Positions 28,371-37,997 of a stretch of DNA of 64,000 nt are shown one piece after another (within the stretch, counting starts at the first letter, position 1; each line of letters begins with the position of its first letter). Origin of the DNA: an uncultured Clostridia bacterium (GTDB lineage: Bacteria > Bacillota > Clostridia > TANB77 > CAG-508); the NCBI GenBank assembly GCA_948524275.1, contig CAOSLI010000001.1, positions 329,198 through 393,197 of the forward strand, given 5' to 3'. The translations under genes were made by a program, and so were the position numbers. Below the pieces are notes generated by a model, which worked only from the letters and a program-made list of their open reading frames with translations, did not search any database and was not told the DNA's origin.

Positions 28371-31300
28371 ATGAGAAAAAATAGCAAAGAAAAAGGTATA
28401 ACGTTAATTGCGTTAGTTGTTACAATTATAATATTATTGATATTAGCTGCAATAGGCTTAAGAGGAATTGATACTTTAGTCTTCAAGGCAAAAGATGCAA
28501 CTAACAGATGGAAAGCTGCAGAAGAAGATGAAGTAAATGAGCTAGATAAAATAGCAAGTATAATTGATGGTAATCCAGAGGACCCAATGCCACAAACACC
28601 TGATATACCAGGGATACCAGATGTATCACCTGACATAGATGGATTGCCTGAAACAAAACCATATACATATTTTCCACCAGACTATATACCAATTTATACA
28701 GTTGAACAATATAAAGACATTGCATCTGAAAAGTCTAGTTATGTGATAAACGATTTATCAGGTACATATGTAGGAACATATACAATGGCGACAAATGCCA
28801 CATATGTATTTATGAATAATATAGACTTTGCAAGTGCAGGAAATGTACCAACAATAAAAAATTTTAACGGAACACTAGAGGGAAACGGATGTACAATAAG
28901 TAACATCTCAATAGATACTACTGGCTTAGAAAATGACTATACACGTATTGCTGGTGGAGACCCAAAATATCCAAGACCAGCAGGAATGTTTGAATGCGTA
29001 ACAGATGCAACAATAAGAAATTATGCAGTAGTAAATGCTAATATAAAATCTAAAGAGAGTGCAGCCGCAATCACTGCTCAATGTAATAATGCAACAATAA
29101 CAAATTGCTATGTAAAAGATTCTACTATAGATGGAATGAATTCTGCAGGAATTGTAGGTTATATAGGACCAAGAGGAGTAATAATAAGTAAATGTAAAAC
29201 CATTTCAACGAATATGCCTGGAACATCTGCAACAGCTGGAATTGCATCAACTTCATATGGAGACATAACGATAAATGATTGTAACGTAACAAAAAGTTCT
29301 ACAACTAATAGCATGAAACTAAATTCAGGAATTTTGTATTATACAGCAAATGATAAAACTACTACTATTAATAATTGTAATGTTCAAGATATTGAACTAA
29401 AAGATAATGATTCAGCTGGTATATTAGCTGTAGCAAATGGAAATGTCACAATTGATAAATGTAATACTAAAAAGTTATCTGGTTCAGGAGCATTATTATT
29501 AGGATATGTGGGAAATAATGGAGAAAGTGTATCTGTAACTAATTGTTCAAGCCAATCATCAGAGATGACAAAATCTGATGGAATGATACGTGAAATTTAC
29601 CTGAAAGGTAGTAGCTATGAAACTAGTGTAAATGTAGAAAATTGTTCAATGAAAGATATAAAGGCTACTGGAACCACATATAGTGCAAGTTTTGGATTGA
29701 TAGGCGAATGCCAAAATGTAAAAGATTTAAAAATATCAAAATGTTCTGCAGTGGGAATTGAGTTTACTAATGGAGATTCAGTTGCTGGAATATTGGGGCA
29801 TGTTTACTCAAACCTTAAAAATTTAGAAGTATCAGATTGTCATGTAGATAATATAAAAATTAATACTGCAAAAAATGCGGCAGGAATAGTAGCAGCATTT
29901 CAAGGAGAAAATATTACAGTTACAGAATGTAGCTCAAATAATCTTACAGTAGAATCGATACGTTCTATGACTGGTGGAATTGTTGCAATGTCAGAAAATA
30001 AACCACTTACTGTAAAGAATTGTACAGTTGCAAACTTTGATGCTAGCAAAGGTGAAGCTAGTGAATTACAAAAAGTGGGTGGTGCTATAGGCTTTTCGGG
30101 AACTGGAAACAATAATGCTGTAATAGAAAATGTAAAAGTATATAATAGTAAATTAGGCACTGGAGTTGGAATAGTTAATCAACTTGCTATTGGTGGAATA
30201 TGTGGTATGTCAACTGCAAAAGAAATAAATAATTGTTATGTAAAAGACGTTGAAATAAATGGAAAAAATTGTGAAGCAGTAGGTGGATTAATTGGAATTT
30301 CGCAGGTAGAAATGTCTATGACAAAATGTGCTGTTAATAATTGCAAAGTTGTATGTAACGAATCTGGAAAAGAATCAAAACAAGTGGGGGGAATTTTAGG
30401 ACAAGAATATACGAGAGCGACAATTAAAGATGCTATAGTAAATAACTTTAGCACTGAATTTGATACTACATCAGGTAAGTGTGAATTTATTGGTGGAGTA
30501 GTTGGTCTAGGAGGAGCATATGGCGGATCAATTACAATTGATAATGTAAATGTAAATCATTCAAAATTAAAAAGTGGTGGAAGAACTGGCGGTATGATAG
30601 GATATTCTCCTAATGCTAATGTTGCAAATAGTAAAGTTTATGAAACGTGGCTATATATGCATTGTAATGATAATAATATGAGAGCTGTTGGAGGAATTGT
30701 TGGATATGCAAGTACATCTAATATAGATAATGCAATTGTAGACCATGTAGGAATAGAAAGCCATGTACGTGTAGGTGGAATAGTAGGATTTGGAGATAAC
30801 ATAAATATAAGTAATAGTAAAGTTGATATGACAGGTATAAAAGTAACAGCTACAGCTAGATCTACATATGCAGGAGGAATTGCAGCATATGCACCATTTA
30901 ATTGTAAAATAGAATCTTGCAGTCTTTATGGAACAGAAATAAGATTAACAGGTGATGGACAAGAAGCATCTCTTGGAGGAATTGTAGGGCATGGAAATAA
31001 CTCATCAAATTCAAATTCACTTATTACAAAATGTAATTTAGATAGTTGTAAATTTGAAGGAACAAGTGGAGTCGGAGGAATAGCAGGAGTAGCAGTTCCA
31101 AACATAATAGATTGTCATACTAAAAACACTTACGTAGAAGGAACAATAGGTAATATTGGTGGTATATTAGGATATGGTGGTGCTACAAGCACAATAAATA
31201 GCACAACAGGAGAAGAAACAAAAAATCGTAAAGCTGTTAATATAACTAACTGTAGCATTGTAGATGGATTTTTAAGTGGACCAAACACTGGAAGTATAAT

Positions 31301-31388
31301 AGGAAAGAATTCACATATGGCTAGTACACCAGATGTTACAGAAGACGTTATAGAAGGATGTACATATCAATTTAAAGAAACTGAATAA
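28371..31388 (+). CDS. GLUG-motif repeat protein (1005 aa) with type IV pilin-like N-terminal segment
   Basis: N-terminus MRKNSKEKG-ITLIALVVTIIILLILAAIG resembles a class III (prepilin) signal but with Ala at +5 instead of Glu. There is a Pro-rich linker, then more than 15 GLUG-like repeats (AGIVGYIG, VGGAIGFSG, VGGLIGIS, VGGIVGYAS, LGGIVGHGN, VGGIAGVA ...). Confidence 0.7.
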   Translation: MRKNSKEKGITLIALVVTIIILLILAAIGLRGIDTLVFKAKDATNRWKAAEEDEVNELDKIASIIDGNPEDPMPQTPDIPGIPDVSPDIDGLPETKPYTYFPPDYIPIYTVEQYKDIASEKSSYVINDLSGTYVGTYTMATNATYVFMNNIDFASAGNVPTIKNFNGTLEGNGCTISNISIDTTGLENDYTRIAGGDPKYPRPAGMFECVTDATIRNYAVVNANIKSKESAAAITAQCNNATITNCYVKDSTIDGMNSAGIVGYIGPRGVIISKCKTISTNMPGTSATAGIASTSYGDITINDCNVTKSSTTNSMKLNSGILYYTANDKTTTINNCNVQDIELKDNDSAGILAVANGNVTIDKCNTKKLSGSGALLLGYVGNNGESVSVTNCSSQSSEMTKSDGMIREIYLKGSSYETSVNVENCSMKDIKATGTTYSASFGLIGECQNVKDLKISKCSAVGIEFTNGDSVAGILGHVYSNLKNLEVSDCHVDNIKINTAKNAAGIVAAFQGENITVTECSSNNLTVESIRSMTGGIVAMSENKPLTVKNCTVANFDASKGEASELQKVGGAIGFSGTGNNNAVIENVKVYNSKLGTGVGIVNQLAIGGICGMSTAKEINNCYVKDVEINGKNCEAVGGLIGISQVEMSMTKCAVNNCKVVCNESGKESKQVGGILGQEYTRATIKDAIVNNFSTEFDTTSGKCEFIGGVVGLGGAYGGSITIDNVNVNHSKLKSGGRTGGMIGYSPNANVANSKVYETWLYMHCNDNNMRAVGGIVGYASTSNIDNAIVDHVGIESHVRVGGIVGFGDNINISNSKVDMTGIKVTATARSTYAGGIAAYAPFNCKIESCSLYGTEIRLTGDGQEASLGGIVGHGNNSSNSNSLITKCNLDSCKFEGTSGVGGIAGVAVPNIIDCHTKNTYVEGTIGNIGGILGYGGATSTINSTTGEETKNRKAVNITNCSIVDGFLSGPNTGSIIGKNSHMASTPDVTEDVIEGCTYQFKETE

Positions 31389-31407
31389 GAAAATATAGGA
31401 TGTAAAA

Positions 31408-32982
31408 ATGAAGGAATATATAAAGCCAATAATTAATTTAACTCTAATATCTTCGCTTATATATATAATATGGAGAGTTATGATTTCCATCCCTTTAGAT
31501 AGGGGATGGAAATCCCTAATTTTCTCTATTATAATTGTAAGCTTAGAGATATTAGATTTTTTTGAATTCTGCATTTTCTATGTGAATTCATTAAAAGGTA
31601 CTAAAAGACATATAATAGACAAAAAAATAAAAGAATATCCTGATGTAGATGTAGTTGTCGTGACACTGAATGAAGACATCAAATTACTTGAAAGAACATT
31701 AAAGGCATGCAACGCTATTTCATATCCCAATAAAGAAAAATTACATATATATGTATCAGATGATGGAAAAAGAGAAGAAGTAAAGATATTAGCTGAAAGT
31801 CTAAATATAAACTATATAACTAGAGAAAATAACATAAATGCAAAGGCAGGAAATTATAACAATCTACTAAATACAATAAAATCACCATATATATTAACCC
31901 TAGATGCAGATATGGCACCTAAAGAAGGCATATTGCTAGATTTAATTCCGCATATAGCAAGGGATAAAGATGTAGGATTTGTTCAAACTCCTCAAGGATT
32001 TGAAAATGGTGATATATATCAATATAGATATGGAATAGATGGATATGTACCAAATGACCAATCATTTTTCTATCATACCTTACAACCATTAAAAAATAAC
32101 ATAAATGCTGTAGTATATTGCGGAACTAATGCAATAATACGAAGAGAAGCATTAGATAAAATAGGAGGATTTGCAGAAGGTGTATTAACTGAAGACATTG
32201 CAACAGGTATGTTAATTCAAAATGCAGGATATAAAGGAATATACATAGACAAGGTAGAAGCAGTAGGATATCAAGAAAACGATTTGAAAAGTTTTATTAA
32301 GCAAAGAACTAGATGGGCTAGAGGATGTATACAAACAAGTAAAAAGGTCAATCTATTAAAAATGAAAGGTCTAAATCTAAAGCAAAAATTAGAATACTTT
32401 TCTTGTTTTTCATATTGGCTGTTTGGAATAAAAAGACTAATATATCTAATAGCACCTTTATTATACAATGCATTTGATGTTATCTTAATAAATACTAGTA
32501 TGATAATATTTACAATAATGTGGCTGCCACAATACGTATTAAAAAGATTTGTTTTAGATAAGGTACTCAATAATGAAAGGTCATCTACTTGGAACAAAAT
32601 ATATGAAATAATATTAACACCAATTTTAAGTGTTCAAGTATTCCTAGAACTAATAGGTATTAGAAAGAAAAAATTTGAAGTATCAAGTAAGAAAAATAAG
32701 GGAAATAAAATTTCTAAAGAGCAAATTTTAATGACCTTGGGACATATATTCTTTATAATCATAAACCTCATTGCTTTAGGAATGAGTGTACTAAAGATGA
32801 ATAATACATTTTCAGATATATTCTCACTAATATGGAGTATGTCGAACTTAATGTATCTATTTATGGCTATTTTATTTGATTTATCAAACAAAAAGAACGA
32901 AGCAAAAGATTGCAGTGAAATATTTAAATATAATAAATGGACAATAATAAAAATGCTTTGGAAAGGGGATAAAAATAATTGA
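31408..32982 (+). CDS. Processive family-2 glycosyltransferase (cellulose synthase BcsA-like catalytic subunit; no PilZ domain seen)
   Basis: N-terminal TM helices; conserved D (YVSDDG), DxD (LTLDADM), TED (LTEDIATG), QxxRW (QRTRWARG); C-terminal TM bundle. Confidence 0.75.
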   Translation: MKEYIKPIINLTLISSLIYIIWRVMISIPLDRGWKSLIFSIIIVSLEILDFFEFCIFYVNSLKGTKRHIIDKKIKEYPDVDVVVVTLNEDIKLLERTLKACNAISYPNKEKLHIYVSDDGKREEVKILAESLNINYITRENNINAKAGNYNNLLNTIKSPYILTLDADMAPKEGILLDLIPHIARDKDVGFVQTPQGFENGDIYQYRYGIDGYVPNDQSFFYHTLQPLKNNINAVVYCGTNAIIRREALDKIGGFAEGVLTEDIATGMLIQNAGYKGIYIDKVEAVGYQENDLKSFIKQRTRWARGCIQTSKKVNLLKMKGLNLKQKLEYFSCFSYWLFGIKRLIYLIAPLLYNAFDVILINTSMIIFTIMWLPQYVLKRFVLDKVLNNERSSTWNKIYEIILTPILSVQVFLELIGIRKKKFEVSSKKNKGNKISKEQILMTLGHIFFIIINLIALGMSVLKMNNTFSDIFSLIWSMSNLMYLFMAILFDLSNKKNEAKDCSEIFKYNKWTIIKMLWKGDKNN

Positions 32983-33959
32983 AAAAATTATTAGTTTTGT
33001 TTTTACTCATCATTGCCATAACAGTATCGATTCCTATATTTTATAGAATAAACAACAATAGAGTTATATATAATGGATTTTTGAAAGTCGATGGTACTAA
33101 ATTAAAAAATAGATTTGGTCAGGAAATTCAGTTAAAAGGCGTAAGCTCACATGGTGTGCAATGGGAGTACACAGACATAATTACAAAGGAAAATCTAAAA
33201 TATCTAAGAGATGAATGGGATATGAATGTTTTTAGAATTGCTATGTATACTGAAGAAGGTGGATATATAAATGACAAGGAGACCAATAAACAAAAAGTAA
33301 TTAGCATAATAGACATCTGTATAGATTTAGATATATATGTTGTAGTAGATTGGCATAATCTTAAAGATGGAGATCCTAACAAAAATAAAGAGGCAGCAAG
33401 GGAATTTTTTGAATTTATATCAGAAAAATATAAAAATGTACCGAATGTTATTTATGAGATTTGTAATGAACCTAATGGAGTATTATGGACAGAACATATA
33501 AAGCCATATGCAAATGAAATTATAGAAATCATAAGAAAAAATACACCAAAGTCACTTATTATAGTGGGCACACCAGATTATTCTAAAGATATTGTATCTG
33601 TAGTGAATTCTAAATTAGAATATAATAATATTTTATATGCATTTCATTTTTATGCAAGTACACACACTGAAATATATAGACAATTTATAAAATACGCGTT
33701 AGAAAATGATGTACCAGTATTTGTTTCAGAATGGGGAACAGGAAATTATACAGGAGATGGTGGATTTGACTATGTAAATTCAGAAGAATGGATGAAATTT
33801 TTAGATGAAAATAATATAAGTTGGATAAATTGGTCATTTTCTTATAAAGATGAAAGCACAGCAATTGTAAAACCTGACATAAAAGATAATATTAATATCA
33901 TTGAAGAAAACTTAACTGACTCAGGAAAATACATTAAAAATAAAATGAAAAAACCTTGA
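32979..33959 (+). CDS. Glycoside hydrolase family 5 endoglucanase (cellulase-like), membrane/secreted
   Basis: N-terminal signal/TM; GVSSHGVQWE, IVDWHNL, catalytic NEP (ICNEPNG) and nucleophile SEWG motifs typical of GH5; 4-nt overlap with GT2. Confidence 0.75.
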   Translation: MKKLLVLFLLIIAITVSIPIFYRINNNRVIYNGFLKVDGTKLKNRFGQEIQLKGVSSHGVQWEYTDIITKENLKYLRDEWDMNVFRIAMYTEEGGYINDKETNKQKVISIIDICIDLDIYVVVDWHNLKDGDPNKNKEAAREFFEFISEKYKNVPNVIYEICNEPNGVLWTEHIKPYANEIIEIIRKNTPKSLIIVGTPDYSKDIVSVVNSKLEYNNILYAFHFYASTHTEIYRQFIKYALENDVPVFVSEWGTGNYTGDGGFDYVNSEEWMKFLDENNISWINWSFSYKDESTAIVKPDIKDNINIIEENLTDSGKYIKNKMKKP

Positions 33960-34075
33960 TTTTTACTTTGATATATGATAATATATATTGCGTAACCTTT
34001 TACTTAGTTTTAGACTAATCACACCACTAAGACCAAGTTTTAGGAATAATATCAAGCAGGAGGTGTAATAATACT

Positions 34076-34342
34076 ATGATGACAAAGGAAAGAAAAGAAG
34101 AAATCATCAAAACTTATAGAAGAGATGATAAGGACACTGGTTCACCAGAAGTTCAAGTAGCTCTTTTGACAGAAAGAATTAATGAGCTTACAGAACATTT
34201 AAAATCTAACCCAAATGATAATCACTCAAGAAGAGGATTATACAAAATGGTTGGTAGCAGAAGAAACTTACTTAATTACTTAGCTAAAAAAGATGTTCAA
34301 AGATACAGAGACATAGTAGCAAAATTAGGATTAAGAAAATAA
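34076..34342 (+). CDS. rpsO: 30S ribosomal protein S15
   Basis: 88 aa; [23 protein letters not shown]...[20 protein letters not shown]. Confidence 0.95.
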   Translation: MMTKERKEEIIKTYRRDDKDTGSPEVQVALLTERINELTEHLKSNPNDNHSRRGLYKMVGSRRNLLNYLAKKDVQRYRDIVAKLGLRK

Positions 34343-34352
34343 TTTTTTATTT

Positions 34353-34408
34353 AAAGCAACGCCTGTATTACATCGTAGTGCAGTCGTTGCTTTAAGTTTC
34401 TTTTAAGA
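34353..34408 (+). terminator. Terminator/attenuator hairpin downstream of rpsO
   Basis: AAAGCAACG ... CGTTGCTTT 9-bp stem with long loop, followed by T-rich tract. Confidence 0.5.
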
Positions 34409-34546
34409 AAAATGTAATTAATTAAGGATTAGTAGCTTGTATGATGTAAATACAAAGATATTTATATCATAGAGGTTACAGTCTATAATTGATTACAGAA
34501 AATCAATTTTAGAATCGCATGAGTTTATTGCGATGAAGGAGGAAAT

Positions 34547-36661
34547 ATGTTTAAAATTTATGAAACAGAATTAGCAGGAAGAAAACTTACAATAGAGACT
34601 GGAAAGTTTGCAAAACAAGCAAATGGAAGTGTTACAGTAAGATATGGTGATACAGTTGTAATGACAAATGTTACAGCTTCAAAAGAACCTAAAGATGGTG
34701 TTGACTTTTTTCCACTATCAGTAGATTATGAAGAAAAATTATACTCTGTAGGAAAGATACCAGGAAGTTTTAATAGAAGAGAAGGTAAGCCAGCAGATAA
34801 AGCAATTTTAGTATCAAGAGCAATTGATAGACCAATAAGACCATTATTTCCACATGATTTTAGAAATGATGTATGTGTTGTAAATACTGTTCTTTCAGTT
34901 GATGAAGATTGTAGCCCAGAAGTGTGTGCAAATATTGGTACATCAGCAGCACTTTCAATATCAGATATTCCTTGGGGTGGACCAACCTCTGCTATGCAAG
35001 TAGGATATATAGATAACAAAATAGTATTAAATCCTAGTGAAGAAGAAAGCAAAAAAAGTAGATTACATTTAACAGTTGCTGGAACTGAGGAAAAAATCAC
35101 AATGATTGAAGCAGGAGCTGACGAAATACCAAATGATATAATGCTTAATGCCATTAAAGAAGCACATGTAGAAATTAAGAAAATATGTAAATTTATATCA
35201 GAGATGAAGTCTGAAATAGGCAAGCCTAAGTTTGAATATAAATCTTTCTCAGTTGATCCAGATTTCTATAAAGCAGTTACAGAAAAATTTGAATCAGCTA
35301 TGAGTGATGCTGTTAGAAATACAGATAAAGAAATTAGAAATGATAATGTAGATAAAGTTGCAGAAGAAATTAAAAATCTAGCAATTGAGATGTATGGAGA
35401 AGATGCAGAAGAGGAGCACGCATTTGATATAGCCACAGCAGTCCATGACTTAGAAAAGCATTGCGTTAGAAATATGATTTTAACTGAAAGAAAACGTCCA
35501 GATGGAAGAGGAATAGATGAAATAAGACCACTTTATGGAGAAGTTGGACTTCTTCCAAGAGTACATGGTAGTGCACTTTTCTCAAGAGGACAAACTCAAG
35601 TTCTATCAATAGCAACACTTGGAACTAAAGCAGACGAGCAATTATTAGATGGATTAGACAGTGAGACATCAAAGAGATATATGCATCAATATAATTTCCC
35701 ATCATACAGTGTTGGAGAGGCAAGACCTTCAAGAGGACCTGGAAGAAGAGAAGTAGGACATGGAGCATTAGCCGAAAGAGCATTAGTTCCAGTAATTCCT
35801 ACTGAAGAAGAATTTCCTTATACAATAAGAGTTGTATCAGAAGTTCTTGAATCAAACGGTTCAACATCACAAGCAAGTATTTGTGGAAGCACATTAGCAT
35901 TAATGGATGCAGGTGTTCCTATAAAGAAACCAGTAGCAGGAATTTCAACAGGACTTATTACAAATCCAGATGACCCAGAAAACTATATTGTTCTTACTGA
36001 TATTCAAGATATAGAAGATTTCTTTGGAGACATGGACTTTAAAGTTGGTGGAACTAAAGACGGAATAACAGCTATCCAAGTAGATATAAAGATTGATGGA
36101 CTAACATATGATATAATTGAACAAGCTTTTGAGAGAACTGCAAAAGCAAGAGCATATATTATTGATGACATTATTTTAAAAGCTATTCCAGCTCCAAGAG
36201 AAGAATTGTCTAAGTATGCACCAAAGATAATTAACATAGTTATTCCACAAGAGAAGATTAAAGATGTAATTGGTTCAGGTGGAAAAACTATTAATAAAAT
36301 AATTGATGAAACTGGAGCGAAACTTGATATAGAAGAAGATGGACGAGTATTCATATATGCACAAGATATTGAAAATGCCAAGAAAGCATTAAAAATGGTA
36401 GAAGATATAACAAGAGACATAGAAGTCGGAAGTATTGTAGGTGGTGTTGTTACTAAAATAGCAGCATTTGGAGCATTTGTTAAAATAGGTATGAATAAAG
36501 AAGGACTTCTTCATATATCTAAAATTTCAAGCAAAAGAGTAGAAAAAGTAGAAGATGTATTAAGCGTAGGAGACGAAGTAACAGTAAAAGTTATAGATAT
36601 AGACGGTCAAGGAAAAATAGCACTTAGCATGAAAGATTTAGAAGTAGGAGAAAATAAATAA
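34547..36661 (+). CDS. pnp: Polyribonucleotide nucleotidyltransferase (PNPase)
   Basis: 704 aa; two RNase PH domains, KH and S1 domains (GSIVGGVVTKIAAFGAFVKIG). Confidence 0.95.
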   Translation: MFKIYETELAGRKLTIETGKFAKQANGSVTVRYGDTVVMTNVTASKEPKDGVDFFPLSVDYEEKLYSVGKIPGSFNRREGKPADKAILVSRAIDRPIRPLFPHDFRNDVCVVNTVLSVDEDCSPEVCANIGTSAALSISDIPWGGPTSAMQVGYIDNKIVLNPSEEESKKSRLHLTVAGTEEKITMIEAGADEIPNDIMLNAIKEAHVEIKKICKFISEMKSEIGKPKFEYKSFSVDPDFYKAVTEKFESAMSDAVRNTDKEIRNDNVDKVAEEIKNLAIEMYGEDAEEEHAFDIATAVHDLEKHCVRNMILTERKRPDGRGIDEIRPLYGEVGLLPRVHGSALFSRGQTQVLSIATLGTKADEQLLDGLDSETSKRYMHQYNFPSYSVGEARPSRGPGRREVGHGALAERALVPVIPTEEEFPYTIRVVSEVLESNGSTSQASICGSTLALMDAGVPIKKPVAGISTGLITNPDDPENYIVLTDIQDIEDFFGDMDFKVGGTKDGITAIQVDIKIDGLTYDIIEQAFERTAKARAYIIDDIILKAIPAPREELSKYAPKIINIVIPQEKIKDVIGSGGKTINKIIDETGAKLDIEEDGRVFIYAQDIENAKKALKMVEDITRDIEVGSIVGGVVTKIAAFGAFVKIGMNKEGLLHISKISSKRVEKVEDVLSVGDEVTVKVIDIDGQGKIALSMKDLEVGENK

Positions 36662-36662
36662 A

Positions 36663-37940
36663 ATGCAGTATTTATATATGGTGCAACAAGCATTAGTATG
36701 GATAATAACAATATATTGGATATATCAATTAATCATTAGTTTATGTTCATTTATTACATTAAAGGATAAGCCAAAAGTTACAGATAAAAAACACAAATTC
36801 GTGGCTATTGTGCCAGCTCACAATGAAGAAAATGTTGTGGGCAATCTTATAGCGAGCTTAAAAAACCAAGATTATCCAAAAGAATTGTATGATATCTATG
36901 TTATTGCAGATAATTGCACAGATGATACTGAGAAAGTTGCAAAAAATGCAGGAGCAAAGGTATTTAAAAGAATTGAAGAAGACAAAGCAAAGCAGACAAA
37001 AGGCTTTGCTCTTCAACTATTTTTAAATAAATTATTATCAAATCCCAAGATGGATTATGATGCTTTTTGTGTATTTGATGCGGATAATATAGTAGATGAA
37101 CATTTTATTTCTGCAATGAATGAACACCTTTGCCAAGGTGAGGATGTAGTTCAAGGATATAGGGATATAAAGAATCCAAGTGATAGTTGGATTTCAGCTG
37201 GATATGCGATTTTTTATTGGACAATGAATAGATTTTATCATCTAGCAAGATATAATGCAGGTTTATCACCACTTATAAATGGTACTGGTTTTATGGTAAA
37301 GTTAGATGCAATAAGAGATACTGGATGGGACACAAATACGTTAACTGAAGATATAGAATTTTCATTAAAACGAATCATTCAAGGACATAAATTAGGTTGG
37401 GCTACTGATGCAATTTGCTATGATGAGCAACCAATAAAATTTAAGCCATCGTGGTCTCAAAGATCTAGATGGACAATAGGACATCTTCAATGTATGCAAG
37501 AATACACAGCTGATTTAGCTAAATCTGCTGTCAAAAATAAGACACTTATGAATTTTGATGGACTGTTATATATTGTAGGAACAGCACCAATGTTTGTCAT
37601 AACAATTCTTCTATTAGTATCAAATGCAGTAATTTATCTTGGAAAGGAAATGACAACATCTGCATTTGTTATTAACATATTAAGATATATTATACCAACA
37701 TTTTTGCTTCCAATATTTACAGCAGTTATGATAATGATAATTGACAAAAAGCCTATAAAAAAGATGTGGAAAGGACTTTTAATGTATCCAGCTTTCTTAG
37801 GTTCATGGCTTTTAATTAACTTTAAGTGTTTATTTAAAAGAGATACAACATGGGAAAAAATTGAGCATAATCGTGATGTAAAGATTGATGAGGTACATGA
37901 AAAAGTAAAAACGAAGTCTAAAGAAAAAGCTATGAAATAA
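36663..37940 (+). CDS. Processive family-2 glycosyltransferase (IcaA/PgaC/cellulose-synthase-like), integral membrane
   Basis: Start ATG 2 nt after pnp stop; motifs DNCTDDT, FDADN, TEDIEFS (TED), QRSRWTIG (QxxRW); N-terminal and C-terminal TM helices. Confidence 0.7.
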   Translation: MQYLYMVQQALVWIITIYWIYQLIISLCSFITLKDKPKVTDKKHKFVAIVPAHNEENVVGNLIASLKNQDYPKELYDIYVIADNCTDDTEKVAKNAGAKVFKRIEEDKAKQTKGFALQLFLNKLLSNPKMDYDAFCVFDADNIVDEHFISAMNEHLCQGEDVVQGYRDIKNPSDSWISAGYAIFYWTMNRFYHLARYNAGLSPLINGTGFMVKLDAIRDTGWDTNTLTEDIEFSLKRIIQGHKLGWATDAICYDEQPIKFKPSWSQRSRWTIGHLQCMQEYTADLAKSAVKNKTLMNFDGLLYIVGTAPMFVITILLLVSNAVIYLGKEMTTSAFVINILRYIIPTFLLPIFTAVMIMIIDKKPIKKMWKGLLMYPAFLGSWLLINFKCLFKRDTTWEKIEHNRDVKIDEVHEKVKTKSKEKAMK

Positions 37941-37997
37941 AATATCTAAAATTACCTTAAACTTAAATAAAAGGTAGGATGTAAAAGGAGATTATTA

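Noticed and set aside
31408-32982. PilZ c-di-GMP binding domain at C-terminus of BcsA-like GT2
   Set aside because: No RxxxR…D/NxSxGG motif pair found in the C-terminal about 120 residues. The C-terminus is TM-rich instead
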